This document shows positions 8,412-18,774 of a stretch of 58,092 bases of DNA, in pieces. The first letter of the stretch is position 1, and each line of letters begins with the position of its first letter. The position numbers were made by a program, and so were the translations under genes. The notes beneath the pieces are model-generated. The model was not told the origin of the DNA and ran no database searches. It saw only the letters and a program-made list of their open reading frames with translations. The DNA comes from an uncultured Nitrospiraceae bacterium (GTDB lineage: Bacteria > Nitrospirota > UBA9217). Location: positions 2,584-60,675 of the forward strand of contig CAYILT010000001.1 of assembly GCA_964364055.1 (NCBI GenBank), given 5' to 3'.

Positions 8412-8951
8412 TCAGCCCGCGTTCGTCATTTTTCCCCTGAGGTATTCCTCCACCGCTTTTGCCCACACCTCATATCCTTTGCTCGCAAGGTGCACACCGT
8501 CATCGGACAAGAGTCCCGGCCTCGGTTTTCCGTTCTCATCGACAAAATGGCTGTATACATCGAGATACTCCGCGTCATGCTCAATGGCTATGTGGGAAAG
8601 GCTGTAGTTGATGGTCCTGATGGTGTCGTTGCTGATCCATGGCATGTCGACCGGCAGGAGGCTCTGGACCACGACCTTCGCCCCTTTGTACCACGTCGTA
8701 AGATTTCGCACGAGCTCCCGATAGGGGACCGTGATGTCATTCCGCTCAGACAGGATGTTGTTGATACCGGTCATAAGGAAGAGGACATCGGGGGCATCGA
8801 TCCGGTCCCGGAGCATATCCCTCCTGTCGAGCAGTTCCTCCACCGTTTCACCGGAGATGCCGAGGTTCATCACGCGGTACGCCGGGAAGCGCTCCTGCCA
8901 GTCGTACCATTCCGTCAGGGAATCGCCGATGAAAACGAGGTGTTTTTTCAT
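8412..8951 (-). CDS. SGNH/GDSL-family hydrolase
   Basis: Block I FIGDSLT, plus GISGETV, GINN and a C-terminal DGVHL. The ATG at 8951 is preferred over TTG 8960. Confidence 0.8.
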   Translation of the reverse strand: MKKHLVFIGDSLTEWYDWQERFPAYRVMNLGISGETVEELLDRRDMLRDRIDAPDVLFLMTGINNILSERNDITVPYRELVRNLTTWYKGAKVVVQSLLPVDMPWISNDTIRTINYSLSHIAIEHDAEYLDVYSHFVDENGKPRPGLLSDDGVHLASKGYEVWAKAVEEYLRGKMTNAG

Positions 8952-9032
8952 GTCAGTCAATGATCGAAGGACCGGAGCAAAATGCTCTTTACTTTACAGT
9001 CTGCTGAAAAAGGCATGTTTTGCAGCTTTATT

Positions 9033-9105
9033 CGTCATCCCCGTGTAAACGGGGATCCAGTATCATTCTGAAAAGCCTGGATTCCCGCCTGCGCGGGAAT
9101 GACGG
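9033..9105. repeat. Palindromic REP-like element
   Basis: cgtcatccccgtgtaaacggggatccag ... ctggattcccgcctgcgcgggaatgacg. It consists of two hairpins in inverted arrangement. Confidence 0.6.
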
Positions 9106-9240
9106 AAAAGGGAGTGGAAAAGATTTTATCGACTGTCTGCTAGTGTCTGGCCAATTCTATGCTTCAGTACCATAAGAGTCAAGTGTGCAATGCTTGCATG
9201 GCAATTGACATCACCTCTCCACCTGTGCTACGCTCCTCGC

Positions 9241-10107
9241 ATGGACACGCCATCGTACCTCCGTCTTGCCGTCACCAAGCTCTCCCGCGAGATCGGCGTC
9301 AGGACCTACCAGGACTTTGACCGGCTGGAAAAGACGGTACAATACATCTCCGGAGAGTTCACCGCGTTTGGCTACCAGGTGAGCCATCAGTCCTTCAAAT
9401 TCGCGGGGAATACCTACCAGAATGTCATCGCCGAGCTGAAGGGCCGTACGTCGCCGGAAAAGGTGCTCGTGGTCGGCGCGCACTATGATACGGTACGGAC
9501 TACGCCTGGCGCCGATGACAATGCAAGCGGCGTGGCGGGCTTGCTGAGGCTTGCGAAGCTCCTCGCGGGCAGGCCGCAGGACAAGACCGTTCGCTTCGTG
9601 GCCTTCGCTCTTGAGGAACCGCCCTCGTACCGCACGAAGAACATGGGGAGTTATCACTACGCCGCGAGTCTGAAGAAGGGCCGCGAGCAGGTCGAAGGCA
9701 TGGTCTGTCTTGAGATGATCGGTTTTTTCAGCGACCGTCCGGGCTCGCAGCACTACCCGATCCCGTTCATGAACCTCAAATTCCCGAAGACCGGCAACTA
9801 CATCGCCCTGGTGGGTAACCGGAAGTCGAGGGCGTTCACCCTGAAGATCGCCGGTAGCTTCCGGAAAACCACGGACCTGCCGCTTATCACGCTGAACGCG
9901 CCGGCGATCGTCGTGGGCATCGATTTTTCCGACCACTGGTCCTTCGGGAAGTTCGGCTACCCCGCCTTCATGGTCACGGACACGGCTTTTTACCGGAACC
10001 CGAACTACCACTCACCGTCGGACCTCCCGGACACCCTGGACTACAACCGCATGGCAAAGGTCGTGGAGGGGCTGACGGCGGCGGTGGAGGAGTGGGGAAG
10101 GTTTTGA
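9241..10107 (+). CDS. M28-family metallopeptidase
   Basis: VVGAHYDT, GADDNASGVAGLL, FALEEP and SDHWSF metal-ligand blocks. Confidence 0.8.
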   Translation: MDTPSYLRLAVTKLSREIGVRTYQDFDRLEKTVQYISGEFTAFGYQVSHQSFKFAGNTYQNVIAELKGRTSPEKVLVVGAHYDTVRTTPGADDNASGVAGLLRLAKLLAGRPQDKTVRFVAFALEEPPSYRTKNMGSYHYAASLKKGREQVEGMVCLEMIGFFSDRPGSQHYPIPFMNLKFPKTGNYIALVGNRKSRAFTLKIAGSFRKTTDLPLITLNAPAIVVGIDFSDHWSFGKFGYPAFMVTDTAFYRNPNYHSPSDLPDTLDYNRMAKVVEGLTAAVEEWGRF

Positions 10108-10189
10108 TTGCGGAGTGTCGAGTGCGGAATGCGGAATAGAACGGCAGCGCGCTCGATCATTGCTTTGTGATACCGGTAATGTATGATGA

Positions 10190-10339
10190 TCTCGTAAGAA
10201 GTCAGAATTTGTCATATTTCGTCTTACCGGCGAAAAGAGCCTGCCCCGGCATGATTGAAGCCGGGGGTATCCAGTCTTTTCAATGAGTTCAATGTTTACT
10301 GGACCCCGGTTTTCACCGGGGAGACGACTTTTTACGAGA
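10190..10339 (+). repeat. MITE copy A (TIR family ctcgtaaaaagtc)
   Basis: tctcgtaagaagtc ... gactttttacgaga ends. A core of about 110 bp (ttcgtcttaccggcgaaaagagcctgccccggcatgattgaagccgggggtatccag...caccggggagacg) is near-identical to 13226..13373. Confidence 0.75.
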
Positions 10340-10510
10340 CCATCATGTATCATTCTCGTTATTTTTTGTGAAGACGTCCTATCCGATCCTGACGTTCTCT
10401 TGTATTTAACTCTGCACTCCGCACTCCGAATTCCGCATTGACATGCCTTCCCCTCCATTGTATCCTGTCTCCACGTACTTGACCTTTCTTCTGATAAAGC
10501 GAGACAGCCC

Positions 10511-13129
10511 ATGATCCTTACGAAGATACAGGCATCGGCAAAGAACTATCCCGACCATGTCGCCGTCCAGTTCAAGGACGGCGAACAGTACCGGAAACAC
10601 ACCTACCGGGAACTCATCCAGACCGTCGCGTCCGTTGCCCGCGCCCTGTCCCAGTTGGGCATTGCGAAAGGCGACCGGGTGGCGATCCTTTCCGAGAACC
10701 GTCCCGAGTGGGTCTTCGCGTATCTCGCCATCACCTCGCTGGGGGCGGTCGCGGTGCCCATGGACGCCCAGCTCACGGACAAGGAGGTGGCCGTCCTTCT
10801 CGGGGACTCCGAGGCTAAAGCCCTGTGCGTGTCGGCTGCGACGAGACAGAAGGTCCCGAAAGGCGGGGCCATCACGATCATCTCCTTCGATGCCGGCGAC
10901 GGCGTGCTGTTCAGCGACATGATGAAGGCCCATCCGGGAGCGCCGCTGCCGCCTCCGCCCGCGGATAACGACCTGGCTGCGATCCTCTATACTTCCGGCA
11001 CCACGGGCGACCCCAAGGGCGTGATGCTCTCGCACGGCAACCTGACGGCGAACTGTGCCAGCGCCATCAAGCTCGACATTATTTATCAGACGGACAACCT
11101 TCTCTGCCTGCTCCCGCTCCACCATACCTACCCGGCCATGGCCTGCATGCTGCTGACGTTCTCTCTTGGCGCCACGATGACGATCCTGAACAGTCTCAAA
11201 GGCCCCGATATCATCGCCTGCATGCAGGAGTCCGGGGTGAGCGTCCTGGTGGCCGTTCCGCAGCTCATGAACGCCCTGCGGCGCGCCATCTTTGAAAAGA
11301 TCGACAAGAGTCCATTACCGGTGAGGCTGCTGGTGAAGCTGCTTTTTGGGATCAGCAGCGTTGTCCGCAAAACCGTCGGGATAAATATCGGCAAGATGCT
11401 CTTCGGCAAGGTCCATGCGAAGTTCGGACCGCGGTTCCGGCTCTTTGCCAGCGGCGGCGCCCGTCTCGATCCGGACGTCTATACGGACATGACGAACCTC
11501 GGGTTCATGGTGGTCGAAGCATACGGACTCACCGAGACCTCGCCGGCCGCCACGTTCAATCCCGTCGGCAGGCAGAAGGCGGGGTCCATCGGCGTACCGA
11601 TACCGGACGTCGAGGTCAGGATCTCGGACCCCGATGCCACGGGCATGGGAGAGCTCGCCATCAAAGGGCCGAATGTCATGCTTGGCTACTACAAAAAGCC
11701 CGGTGCGACGGCGGAGGTCATCCGGGGAGGCTGGTTCTACACCGGCGACCTGGGGTATAAGGACAAGGACGGCTATTTCTTCATCACCGGCAGGTCTAAG
11801 GAGATGATCGTCCTGTCCACGGGCAAGAAGATATTCCCCGACGAGCTCGAGAAATTCTACAAACAGCTTCCGTCCATCAAGGAGATCTGCATGGTCCAGA
11901 CGGACCGCGGGCTCGAGGCCGCGGTGGTGCCGGACTTCGACTATCTCCGGAAGATGAACATCGCGAACGCGCGGGAGACCATAGCCCTCGAGATCGAGGA
12001 CCTCGCCAGGGACCTCGCTCCCTTCAAGCGCATATCGGGCCTCAAGATCTTCAAAGACTCCCTCCCGGTAACGCGGCTGGGGAAACTGAAACGCGCCATG
12101 GTCAAGGACCTCTATGTCGCGGGCGGAGAACGCGCGGAGAAGACGGTGCAGGAGGAGGACGCGGAGCTTCTGGCCGGCGACGCGGGAAAGAAGGTGCTCG
12201 CATGTCTTGTGCCGTTCTCGGTCAAGAAGCATATTGTTCCCGATGACAGCCTGGAGATCGATCTGGGGCTGGATTCCCTCTCCCGGGTCGAGCTTGTGGT
12301 CAGCCTTGAGCAGACCTTCGGCATCGGCCTCCCCGATACCTTCGGGTCCGAGGTGTTCACCGTGAGGGAGGTCGTGCTCAAGATGCGGGAACTGCTGGCA
12401 TCGGGGACTGCGAAGGCTACGCCGGCGCATGTGCGCCTGTCCTGGTCGGACATCCTGCGGCAGGAGCCGTCGGAGGACGCGAAGGCCCTGGTGCGGACCG
12501 AGCGGAGCGCGCTGTGCCTTCTCGGCTGGAGCATCATGCGTCTGTTCCTGAAGCTGTTCCTCCGTCTCTACGGCGGCCTCACCTTCAAGGGAATCGAGAA
12601 CCTGCCGCTGAAGGGACCTTACCTGATCACGCCGAACCATCTGAGCAATGCCGACGCATTTGCCCTTACCGCGGCAATGCCGGGCTCTATCGGGAGCCAG
12701 GTCTTCTCTATGGGAGACACCAAGTTCTTCGGCGGTCCCGTCTCATCGCGGGTGGCCCAGTTCATCCAGGTCATCCCCGTGGACATGGAGGCGAAGCTCT
12801 TCAACGCGCTGCAGCTGTCGGCCTACGTGCTCCGGCAGGGGAAGGTCCTGTGCGTGTTTCCCGAGGGCAGCCGGTCGCGCGACGGCAAGATCAAGGATTT
12901 CAAGAAGGGCGTGGCTATCATCGCGAAGGAGCTGAACCTCCCGCTGGTGCCCGCCGCGATCACCGGGACCTTCGAGATGATGCGGCCGGGCCAGCTCTTC
13001 CCGAGGCCCGGGAAGGTGAGCGTCACCTTCGGAAAGCCGGTCTATCCCGGTGAGATGGGATATGAAGAACTGACGAAGAAGCTTTATGGGGAAGTGGTGG
13101 GGCTGCTGCCAGTGCGGAGTGCGGAGTGA
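10511..13129 (+). CDS. Tri-domain acyl-activating enzyme / carrier domain / lysophospholipid acyltransferase
   Basis: AMP-binding motifs YTSGTTGDPKGV, GYGLTE-like AYGLTETS and YTGDLGYKDKDGYFFITGRSKE. Carrier-type serine in LGLDSLSRVEL. PlsC-type H-x4-D in NHLSNAD and FPEGSRS. Confidence 0.85.
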   Translation: MILTKIQASAKNYPDHVAVQFKDGEQYRKHTYRELIQTVASVARALSQLGIAKGDRVAILSENRPEWVFAYLAITSLGAVAVPMDAQLTDKEVAVLLGDSEAKALCVSAATRQKVPKGGAITIISFDAGDGVLFSDMMKAHPGAPLPPPPADNDLAAILYTSGTTGDPKGVMLSHGNLTANCASAIKLDIIYQTDNLLCLLPLHHTYPAMACMLLTFSLGATMTILNSLKGPDIIACMQESGVSVLVAVPQLMNALRRAIFEKIDKSPLPVRLLVKLLFGISSVVRKTVGINIGKMLFGKVHAKFGPRFRLFASGGARLDPDVYTDMTNLGFMVVEAYGLTETSPAATFNPVGRQKAGSIGVPIPDVEVRISDPDATGMGELAIKGPNVMLGYYKKPGATAEVIRGGWFYTGDLGYKDKDGYFFITGRSKEMIVLSTGKKIFPDELEKFYKQLPSIKEICMVQTDRGLEAAVVPDFDYLRKMNIANARETIALEIEDLARDLAPFKRISGLKIFKDSLPVTRLGKLKRAMVKDLYVAGGERAEKTVQEEDAELLAGDAGKKVLACLVPFSVKKHIVPDDSLEIDLGLDSLSRVELVVSLEQTFGIGLPDTFGSEVFTVREVVLKMRELLASGTAKATPAHVRLSWSDILRQEPSEDAKALVRTERSALCLLGWSIMRLFLKLFLRLYGGLTFKGIENLPLKGPYLITPNHLSNADAFALTAAMPGSIGSQVFSMGDTKFFGGPVSSRVAQFIQVIPVDMEAKLFNALQLSAYVLRQGKVLCVFPEGSRSRDGKIKDFKKGVAIIAKELNLPLVPAAITGTFEMMRPGQLFPRPGKVSVTFGKPVYPGEMGYEELTKKLYGEVVGLLPVRSAE

Positions 13130-13133
13130 CGAT

Positions 13134-13169
13134 GGTTCGACGATGCTCACCATCATGAGCTTGTCGAAT
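13134..13169. repeat. Palindromic REP (ggttcgac...gtcgaat family)
   Basis: ggttcgacgatgctcaccatcatgagcttgtcgaat. A second copy lies at 37946..37980 (ggttcgacaagctcaccatcatgagcccgtcgaat). Confidence 0.7.
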
Positions 13170-13225
13170 GAGTGCGGAATGGAAAGACAAGGGGGCCGCG
13201 TTCTGGATATGCCAATACTTGATGA

Positions 13226-13373
13226 TCTCGTAAAAAGTCGGGATACGCCCTATTTCGTCATACCGGCGAAAAAAGCCTGCCCCGGCATGATTGAAGCCGG
13301 GGGTATCCAGTCTTTTCAATGAGTTCGATGTTTACTGGACCCCGGTTTTCACCGGGGAGACGTCTTTTTACGG
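13226..13373 (+). repeat. MITE copy B (same family and orientation as 10190..10339)
   Basis: tctcgtaaaaagtc ... gtctttttacgg ends. The core is near-identical to copy A. Confidence 0.75.
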
Positions 13374-13427
13374 CTTCATCAATACTTGCATTCGAGGGAC
13401 CGGCAGTATGAGCGAGCGGGGGTGCTT

Positions 13428-14336
13428 ATGAAACGAAGATATGCAGTTCTGTTCCTGTTGTTCGCACTTTTTCTTAATTCCTGCCAGACCGTCGAGGGCC
13501 CGGCGGTCCCGCCGTCCGGCGAGCTGCCGAAACCGAAGATCGCTCTTGTGCTTGGCGGGGGGGCGGCGCGGGGCTTCGCGCATGTCGGAGTGATCCGCGC
13601 GCTGGAGCAGGAGAAGATTCCGATCGACCTGATCGTGGGCACCAGCGTCGGCAGTCTCATCGGCGCCATCTATGCCTACGATGTGAGCAGCATGGAGCTT
13701 GAGTGGACGGCCTTCCTGCTTGAGAAGGACAACCTCTTCGACTACGGGATGTTCACCGCGTTTACCGGCATGGGCGCGGCGAAGGGCGACAAGCTCGAGG
13801 AGTTCGTCAAGAGCAAGGTGCCTGTTGCGAACATCGAAAATCTGAAAATCCCCTTCGCGGCGGTCGCCACGGATCTGAACCGGGGAACGCGGGTGGTGCT
13901 GGACAAGGGTTCCGTCGCAAGGGCCGTTCGGGCGAGCAGCGCCATCCCGGGCGTTTTTCCGCCGGTGGACCACCAGGGGAAATTGCTCGTGGACGGCGGG
14001 GTGATCGACAATATCCCTGTTTCCGTCGCCCGGGAAAAGGGCGCGGACATCGTGATCGCCGTGGACATCAGCGAGAATGTGCTCAACTTCAATATCACCA
14101 ACCTGCTCGACGTGATGCTGCAGTCCATCACGATCATGGGCGCCGAGAACGCGAAGATCAAGAAAAAAGAGGCCGACGTCCTGATCTCGCCGAAGGTCGG
14201 CGACGTGGGCATGCTGGACTTTACCCAGAAGAAACGGTGCATGATGGCCGGCATCGAGGCTACACAGAAGATGATGCCGGAGATCAAGGCGAAGATCGAG
14301 GAGTGGGGGAGGAAAAGGGCGGCGCAAGTGAAGTGA
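13428..14336 (+). CDS. Patatin-like phospholipase, probable lipoprotein
   Basis: Signal plus lipobox FLNSC, GGGAARG oxyanion motif, GTSVG nucleophile elbow and DGGVIDN catalytic Asp. Confidence 0.85.
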   Translation: MKRRYAVLFLLFALFLNSCQTVEGPAVPPSGELPKPKIALVLGGGAARGFAHVGVIRALEQEKIPIDLIVGTSVGSLIGAIYAYDVSSMELEWTAFLLEKDNLFDYGMFTAFTGMGAAKGDKLEEFVKSKVPVANIENLKIPFAAVATDLNRGTRVVLDKGSVARAVRASSAIPGVFPPVDHQGKLLVDGGVIDNIPVSVAREKGADIVIAVDISENVLNFNITNLLDVMLQSITIMGAENAKIKKKEADVLISPKVGDVGMLDFTQKKRCMMAGIEATQKMMPEIKAKIEEWGRKRAAQVK

Positions 14337-14448
14337 GGTAATATCATGAACAATCCACCGGCATTCGGGAATGAAGAAAATTTAGGGTCTTTCGTATTTT
14401 AGTTGAAAAAGCTGAACAAACCAGAACCCGAGAAAGGCTAAAATTCGT

Positions 14449-14537
14449 CCGCAGATTACACAGATTACGCAGATTAAAAAAAGACCGTCCTGAACCGTGG
14501 TTAAAGACTAAATCTGCGTAATCTGCGAAATCTGTGG
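14449..14537. repeat. Palindromic REP (cagattac family)
   Basis: ccgcagattacacagattacgcagatt ... aatctgcgtaatctgcgaaatctgtgg inverted arms. Confidence 0.6.
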
Positions 14538-14668
14538 ATAAGTTTTTCCTCCGAGCCTTCGTTTCTGTGGCCATACCCTGCCTTTTCAACTTTATTACGA
14601 ATGAACCAAAATTTATTTTAATGATTCACTACGCCTCCGTGTCTCCGTGGTGAAATAGAGGTTTGTCT

Positions 14669-15520
14669 ATGTTGGACAGGTTCAAGATCATCCTCGAGAT
14701 GATCAAGTTCGAGCACACCATCTTCGCGTTGCCCTTCGCGTTCACCGGCGCCTTGCTGGCGCTGGGCGGACTGCCCTCGCTGCGTCAGGCGTTCTGGATC
14801 GTTGTGGCCATGGTCGGCGCGCGCTCCGCCGCCATGGGCTTCAATCGCTGGGCGGACCGGGACATCGACGCCGAGAACCCCCGGACCATGACCCGCGCGC
14901 TTCCCCTGGGGCTGGTCACTCCGGCTCAGGTCCTGGCGTTCATCGCCGTGTCCGCTGCCCTGCTCGTGTTCGCGGCCTACATGCTGAACCCGCTGTCATT
15001 CAAGCTTGCTCCCCTGGCGATTGCCATCGTGTTCTTCTATTCATATACCAAGCGCTTCACCTTTCTGTCGCACGCCTTTCTCGGCCTCGCCATTGCCGGC
15101 GCGCCCATGGGCGCCTGGATCGCCGTGACCGGAAGGCTCGAATTCCCGGCGCTGGTGCTTGGCCTTGCCGTGCTTTCCTGGCTCGTGGGCTTCGACATCC
15201 TCTACGCGCTCCAGGACAGGGAGTTCGACCAGGGGGCCGGGCTCCACTCGGTACCCCAGCGCTTCGGCGTCAGAACATCGCTCCTGATCTCCCGGCTGGC
15301 GCATCTCGTGACCATGACCTGTCTTTTCCAGCTGTACGCGCTCCTGCCGGTCGGGATGACCTATCTCCTGGGGGTTCTGATCGCGCTGGGATTGATCGTG
15401 TACGAGCATTCCCTGGTCAGGGAGGACGACCTTTCGAAGCTCAACATCGCCTTCTTCAACATGAACGGGTACATCAGCGTCACGATCTTCCTCTTTACCC
15501 TGCTCGACGTCCTGTTATAA
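14669..15520 (+). CDS. UbiA-family aromatic prenyltransferase (4-hydroxybenzoate polyprenyltransferase-like)
   Basis: NRWADRDIDAENPRT (first Asp-rich motif), YALQDREFD (second motif) and about 8 hydrophobic segments. The ATG at 14669 follows AGAGG. Confidence 0.8.
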   Translation: MLDRFKIILEMIKFEHTIFALPFAFTGALLALGGLPSLRQAFWIVVAMVGARSAAMGFNRWADRDIDAENPRTMTRALPLGLVTPAQVLAFIAVSAALLVFAAYMLNPLSFKLAPLAIAIVFFYSYTKRFTFLSHAFLGLAIAGAPMGAWIAVTGRLEFPALVLGLAVLSWLVGFDILYALQDREFDQGAGLHSVPQRFGVRTSLLISRLAHLVTMTCLFQLYALLPVGMTYLLGVLIALGLIVYEHSLVREDDLSKLNIAFFNMNGYISVTIFLFTLLDVLL

Positions 15521-15570
15521 TATCAGCCGGGCAGTGATCCGCATATTCCATCTCCAGCGAGGCGAACAGT

Positions 15571-18264
15571 ATGGCCCATCTTGAACCAGCAGGCACACCC
15601 AAAACCACCCACCTCAAGGACTACCGCCCGCCGGACTACCGCGTCGAGACCGTCAATCTGCAATTCGACCTCGACGAATCGAGAACAACGGTCAAGTCGC
15701 TCCTCACCGTGGTCTGCAGCCACGACCGGTGTGAAGGCATCCACCCGCTCGTGCTCTTCGGAAAGGACCTGAAGCTGCTCGGCTTGAAGCTGGACGGCCA
15801 ACTGCTGGATGAGAAGCACTATAAGATCGAGGGCGAGACGCTCACCATTCTGCCGGTCCCCGGCCGGTTCGTGCTTGAGATCGAGACGGAGTGTGATCCA
15901 GCCGCCAACACCGAGCTTTCAGGCCTCTATCATGCGAGCGGCATGTTCTGCACCCAGTGCGAAGCCGAGGGCTTCCGGAAGATCACCTACTATCCCGACC
16001 GGCCCGATGTCCTGGCGAGGTTCATGACCACCATCGTCGCCGACAAGAAAAAATATCCCGTGCTCCTGTCCAACGGGAACCCGATCAGGCGCGGGGACCT
16101 GCAGGATGGCAGGCATTTCGTCACCTGGCACGACCCGTTCCCCAAGCCGGCCTATCTCTTCGCCCTTGTGGGCGGCGACCTGGCGCGAATCGAGGACCGC
16201 TTTACCACGATGTCGGGGAGGGACGTAACGCTCCACATATACGTACAGCACCACAACCGGGAAAAGTGCGGCCATGCCATGGATTCGCTCAAGAAGGCCA
16301 TGAAGTGGGACGAGGAAGCGTACGGCAGGGAATACGATCTGGACCTGTTCATGATCGTGGCAACGGACGACTTCAACATGGGCGCCATGGAGAACAAGGG
16401 CTTGAACATATTCAACTCCAAGTACGTCCTGGCGGACGGAAAGACGGCCACGGACAGCGACTTCCAGGGCATCATGGGCGTCGTGGCCCACGAGTATTTC
16501 CACAACTGGTCCGGCGACCGGGTCACCTGCCGGGACTGGTTCCAGCTGTCGCTCAAAGAAGGGTTCACGGTCTTCCGGGACCAGCAGTTCATGGAGGACA
16601 TGCTGTCGCGGGGCGTGGAGCGCATCGGCGATGCGAACCTCCTGCGCACCCATCAGTTCCGCGAGGACGCCGGGCCGATGGCGCACCCGGTGCGGCCCGA
16701 TTCCTACGTGGAGATCAACAACTTCTACACCATGACGGTGTACAACAAGGGCGCCGAGGTTATCCGCATGATGCGGACCCTCCTCGGTCCCGAGGGCTTC
16801 CGCAAGGGCACGGACCTTTACTTCTCGCGCCACGACGGACAGGCCGTCACGACCGACGATTTCGTCAAGGCGATGGAGGACGCGAACGGGGCCGACCTCA
16901 CGCAGTTCAGGCTGTGGTACACCCAGGCGGGAACGCCCGAGGTGACCGTGACGCGGCGGTACGATCCGCGAGCTAAGAGCTACGAGCTTTCTTTCAGGCA
17001 GAGCTGTCCTCCAACGCCGGGTCAGCAGGAGAAAAAGCCTTTCCTCATTCCGGTTGAGGTCGGTCTCCTGGGGAAGGACGGGAAAGAGATCATACTGAAC
17101 CAACCTACCCCCCCATCCCCCCCCTTACCAAGGGGGGGCTTAGGGGGGGTGACACAGAGCCGTGAGGGGACAAGAATCCTTGACCTCAAGAACAGCCGGG
17201 AGACTTTCGTATTTTCCGATATCCCCGAAGAACCCGTACCGTCCATCCTTCGCGGATTCTCGGCGCCGGTGAAGGTGAAGCTTGACCTGTCCGACGACGA
17301 GCGGCTGTTCCTCATGGCGAACGACAACGATCCCTTCAACCGCTGGGACGCGGGCCAGCAGCTTGCGGTGAAGCTCATCCTCGATCTGGTGAAGGACCAC
17401 CAGGAGGGGAGGCCGCTCCTGCTGGACAACCTGTTCATCGACGCTTTCCGGAAGACGCTCGAGAGCGGCATGGACGACAAGGCGTTCCAGGCATTTGCCC
17501 TGTCGCTTCCCTCGGAAACGTACCTTGCCGATTTCATGAGTGTTGTCGATCCGGACGCGATCCACGAGGCCAGGACATTCGTGCAACAGGTCCTTGCCGC
17601 GAGCCTGAAGGACCCCATGCTTGCCGTCTATCATGCCAACCGGGAAACGGGTCCTTACCGGACGGACCAGGCAGCGATGGGCAGGCGGGGCCTCAAGAAC
17701 ACCTGCCTCGGCTATCTCACGGAGCTGGAAGATGAGGACGTCCGGCTGTTGTGTATGGACCAGTACCGGACGGGCGGGAACATGACCGATGTGATCTCCG
17801 CGCTGGTGAACATTGCGAACAACGACTGTCCGGAGCGGGAGGAGGCGCTGGCTTCGTTCCATGCTGCGTGGAAGAACGATCCGCTGGTGATGGACAAATG
17901 GCTGGCGATCCAGGCGACCTCGCGCCTTCCGGGGACGCTGGACTCGGTGAAGGAACTTATGAAACACCCGGTCTTCAACCTCAAGAACCCGAACAAGGTC
18001 CGGGCCCTGATCGGAGCGTTCTCGTCCAACTCCGTTCGGTTCCACGAACCTTCCGGGGCCGGGTACGCGTTCCTGGCTGACCAGGTTCTCGTTCTGGATC
18101 CGATGAACCCCCAGATTGCCGCCCGGCTCGTGTCGGCGTTCACCATATGGAAGCGGTACGACGAAAAACGGCAGACGCTGATGAGGGCACAGCTTGAACG
18201 GATAGTACAGTCACCCAAATTGTCCAAAGATGTATATGAAATAGCAACCAAGAGTCTCGTATGA
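15571..18264 (+). CDS. pepN: Aminopeptidase N (M1 family)
   Basis: [11 protein letters not shown] exopeptidase motif, [27 protein letters not shown] (HEXXH-18-E) and a DYRPPDY N-terminus as in enterobacterial PepN. Confidence 0.92.
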   Translation: MAHLEPAGTPKTTHLKDYRPPDYRVETVNLQFDLDESRTTVKSLLTVVCSHDRCEGIHPLVLFGKDLKLLGLKLDGQLLDEKHYKIEGETLTILPVPGRFVLEIETECDPAANTELSGLYHASGMFCTQCEAEGFRKITYYPDRPDVLARFMTTIVADKKKYPVLLSNGNPIRRGDLQDGRHFVTWHDPFPKPAYLFALVGGDLARIEDRFTTMSGRDVTLHIYVQHHNREKCGHAMDSLKKAMKWDEEAYGREYDLDLFMIVATDDFNMGAMENKGLNIFNSKYVLADGKTATDSDFQGIMGVVAHEYFHNWSGDRVTCRDWFQLSLKEGFTVFRDQQFMEDMLSRGVERIGDANLLRTHQFREDAGPMAHPVRPDSYVEINNFYTMTVYNKGAEVIRMMRTLLGPEGFRKGTDLYFSRHDGQAVTTDDFVKAMEDANGADLTQFRLWYTQAGTPEVTVTRRYDPRAKSYELSFRQSCPPTPGQQEKKPFLIPVEVGLLGKDGKEIILNQPTPPSPPLPRGGLGGVTQSREGTRILDLKNSRETFVFSDIPEEPVPSILRGFSAPVKVKLDLSDDERLFLMANDNDPFNRWDAGQQLAVKLILDLVKDHQEGRPLLLDNLFIDAFRKTLESGMDDKAFQAFALSLPSETYLADFMSVVDPDAIHEARTFVQQVLAASLKDPMLAVYHANRETGPYRTDQAAMGRRGLKNTCLGYLTELEDEDVRLLCMDQYRTGGNMTDVISALVNIANNDCPEREEALASFHAAWKNDPLVMDKWLAIQATSRLPGTLDSVKELMKHPVFNLKNPNKVRALIGAFSSNSVRFHEPSGAGYAFLADQVLVLDPMNPQIAARLVSAFTIWKRYDEKRQTLMRAQLERIVQSPKLSKDVYEIATKSLV
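17108..17150 (+). repeat. C/G-homopolymer palindromic insertion lying in-frame within pepN
   Basis: C7-at-C8-ttaccaa-G7-cttag-G7, translated as [16 protein letters not shown]. Confidence 0.6.
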
Positions 18265-18774
18265 GCTTGCTTGACCTTGGGACCCGGCAATTAGCTGTTT
18301 GATGAAAAAGTCACGAATTGTCATTGCGAGGAGTTTTTTTACGACGAAGCAATCACTAAGTGTTTGATATGTTTAGCTGCGAGATTGCTTCGCTTCGCTC
18401 GCAAAGACGGCAAAAAGACTATTTCAGCGACCTGTTAGTGGATCTATTCGAGATCGTGACGAAGAGCCATGCATGTGTATTTCCGCGATCATCGTGATGA
18501 TGGGATGAACTACGTTCTGAACAGTGCTGCCCCTCAAATTGAGATTTTAGGCCGAACCTTAATCTTGCAAAGATATGGTATTTGTAGTACGCTTTATACA
18601 CAGGGGAGGGCCTCCGATGAAAGCATTTCCCGTCATGTCAAAATCCCTTCCTTCGTTTAACCGAAAGTCCATATCGAACGAGAACGCATCCGGGCAGCAC
18701 CTGCGAGTAGTGACCGAGATCTTCGGCTAACATAGAGCATATTTCCCATCTCACGCGACGCAAAGGAGGCAGTC

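Noticed and set aside
8255-8440. Several short track ORFs lie in intergenic gaps: 8255..8440, 13086..13322, 14344..14589, 38144..38545 and others.
   Set aside because: They are translations of REP/MITE sequences, with peptides such as VIPAKKACPGMIEAGGIQSF and ADYADL. They lack ribosome-binding sites.
10107-10140. Short gcggagtgcggaat-type repeats here, and at 10413-10447 and 13110-13180, could be a CRISPR array.
   Set aside because: The units are only 6-8 nt, contiguous or inverted, with no regularly spaced unique spacers and no cas genes. They behave as flanks of REP/MITE patches.
13134-13169. GGTTCGA-containing segments (also at 37946-37980 and inside 3051-3191) resemble tRNA T-arms.
   Set aside because: They are simple palindromes with no acceptor stem, anticodon arm or CCA-compatible end, and they recur as REP units.
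18420-18774. The 350-bp leader upstream of the Tat-dependent binding protein might be a riboswitch.
   Set aside because: I could not match it to any riboswitch core I know (TPP, cobalamin, SAM, glycine, c-di-GMP). Without a covariance-model scan the claim is unsupported.
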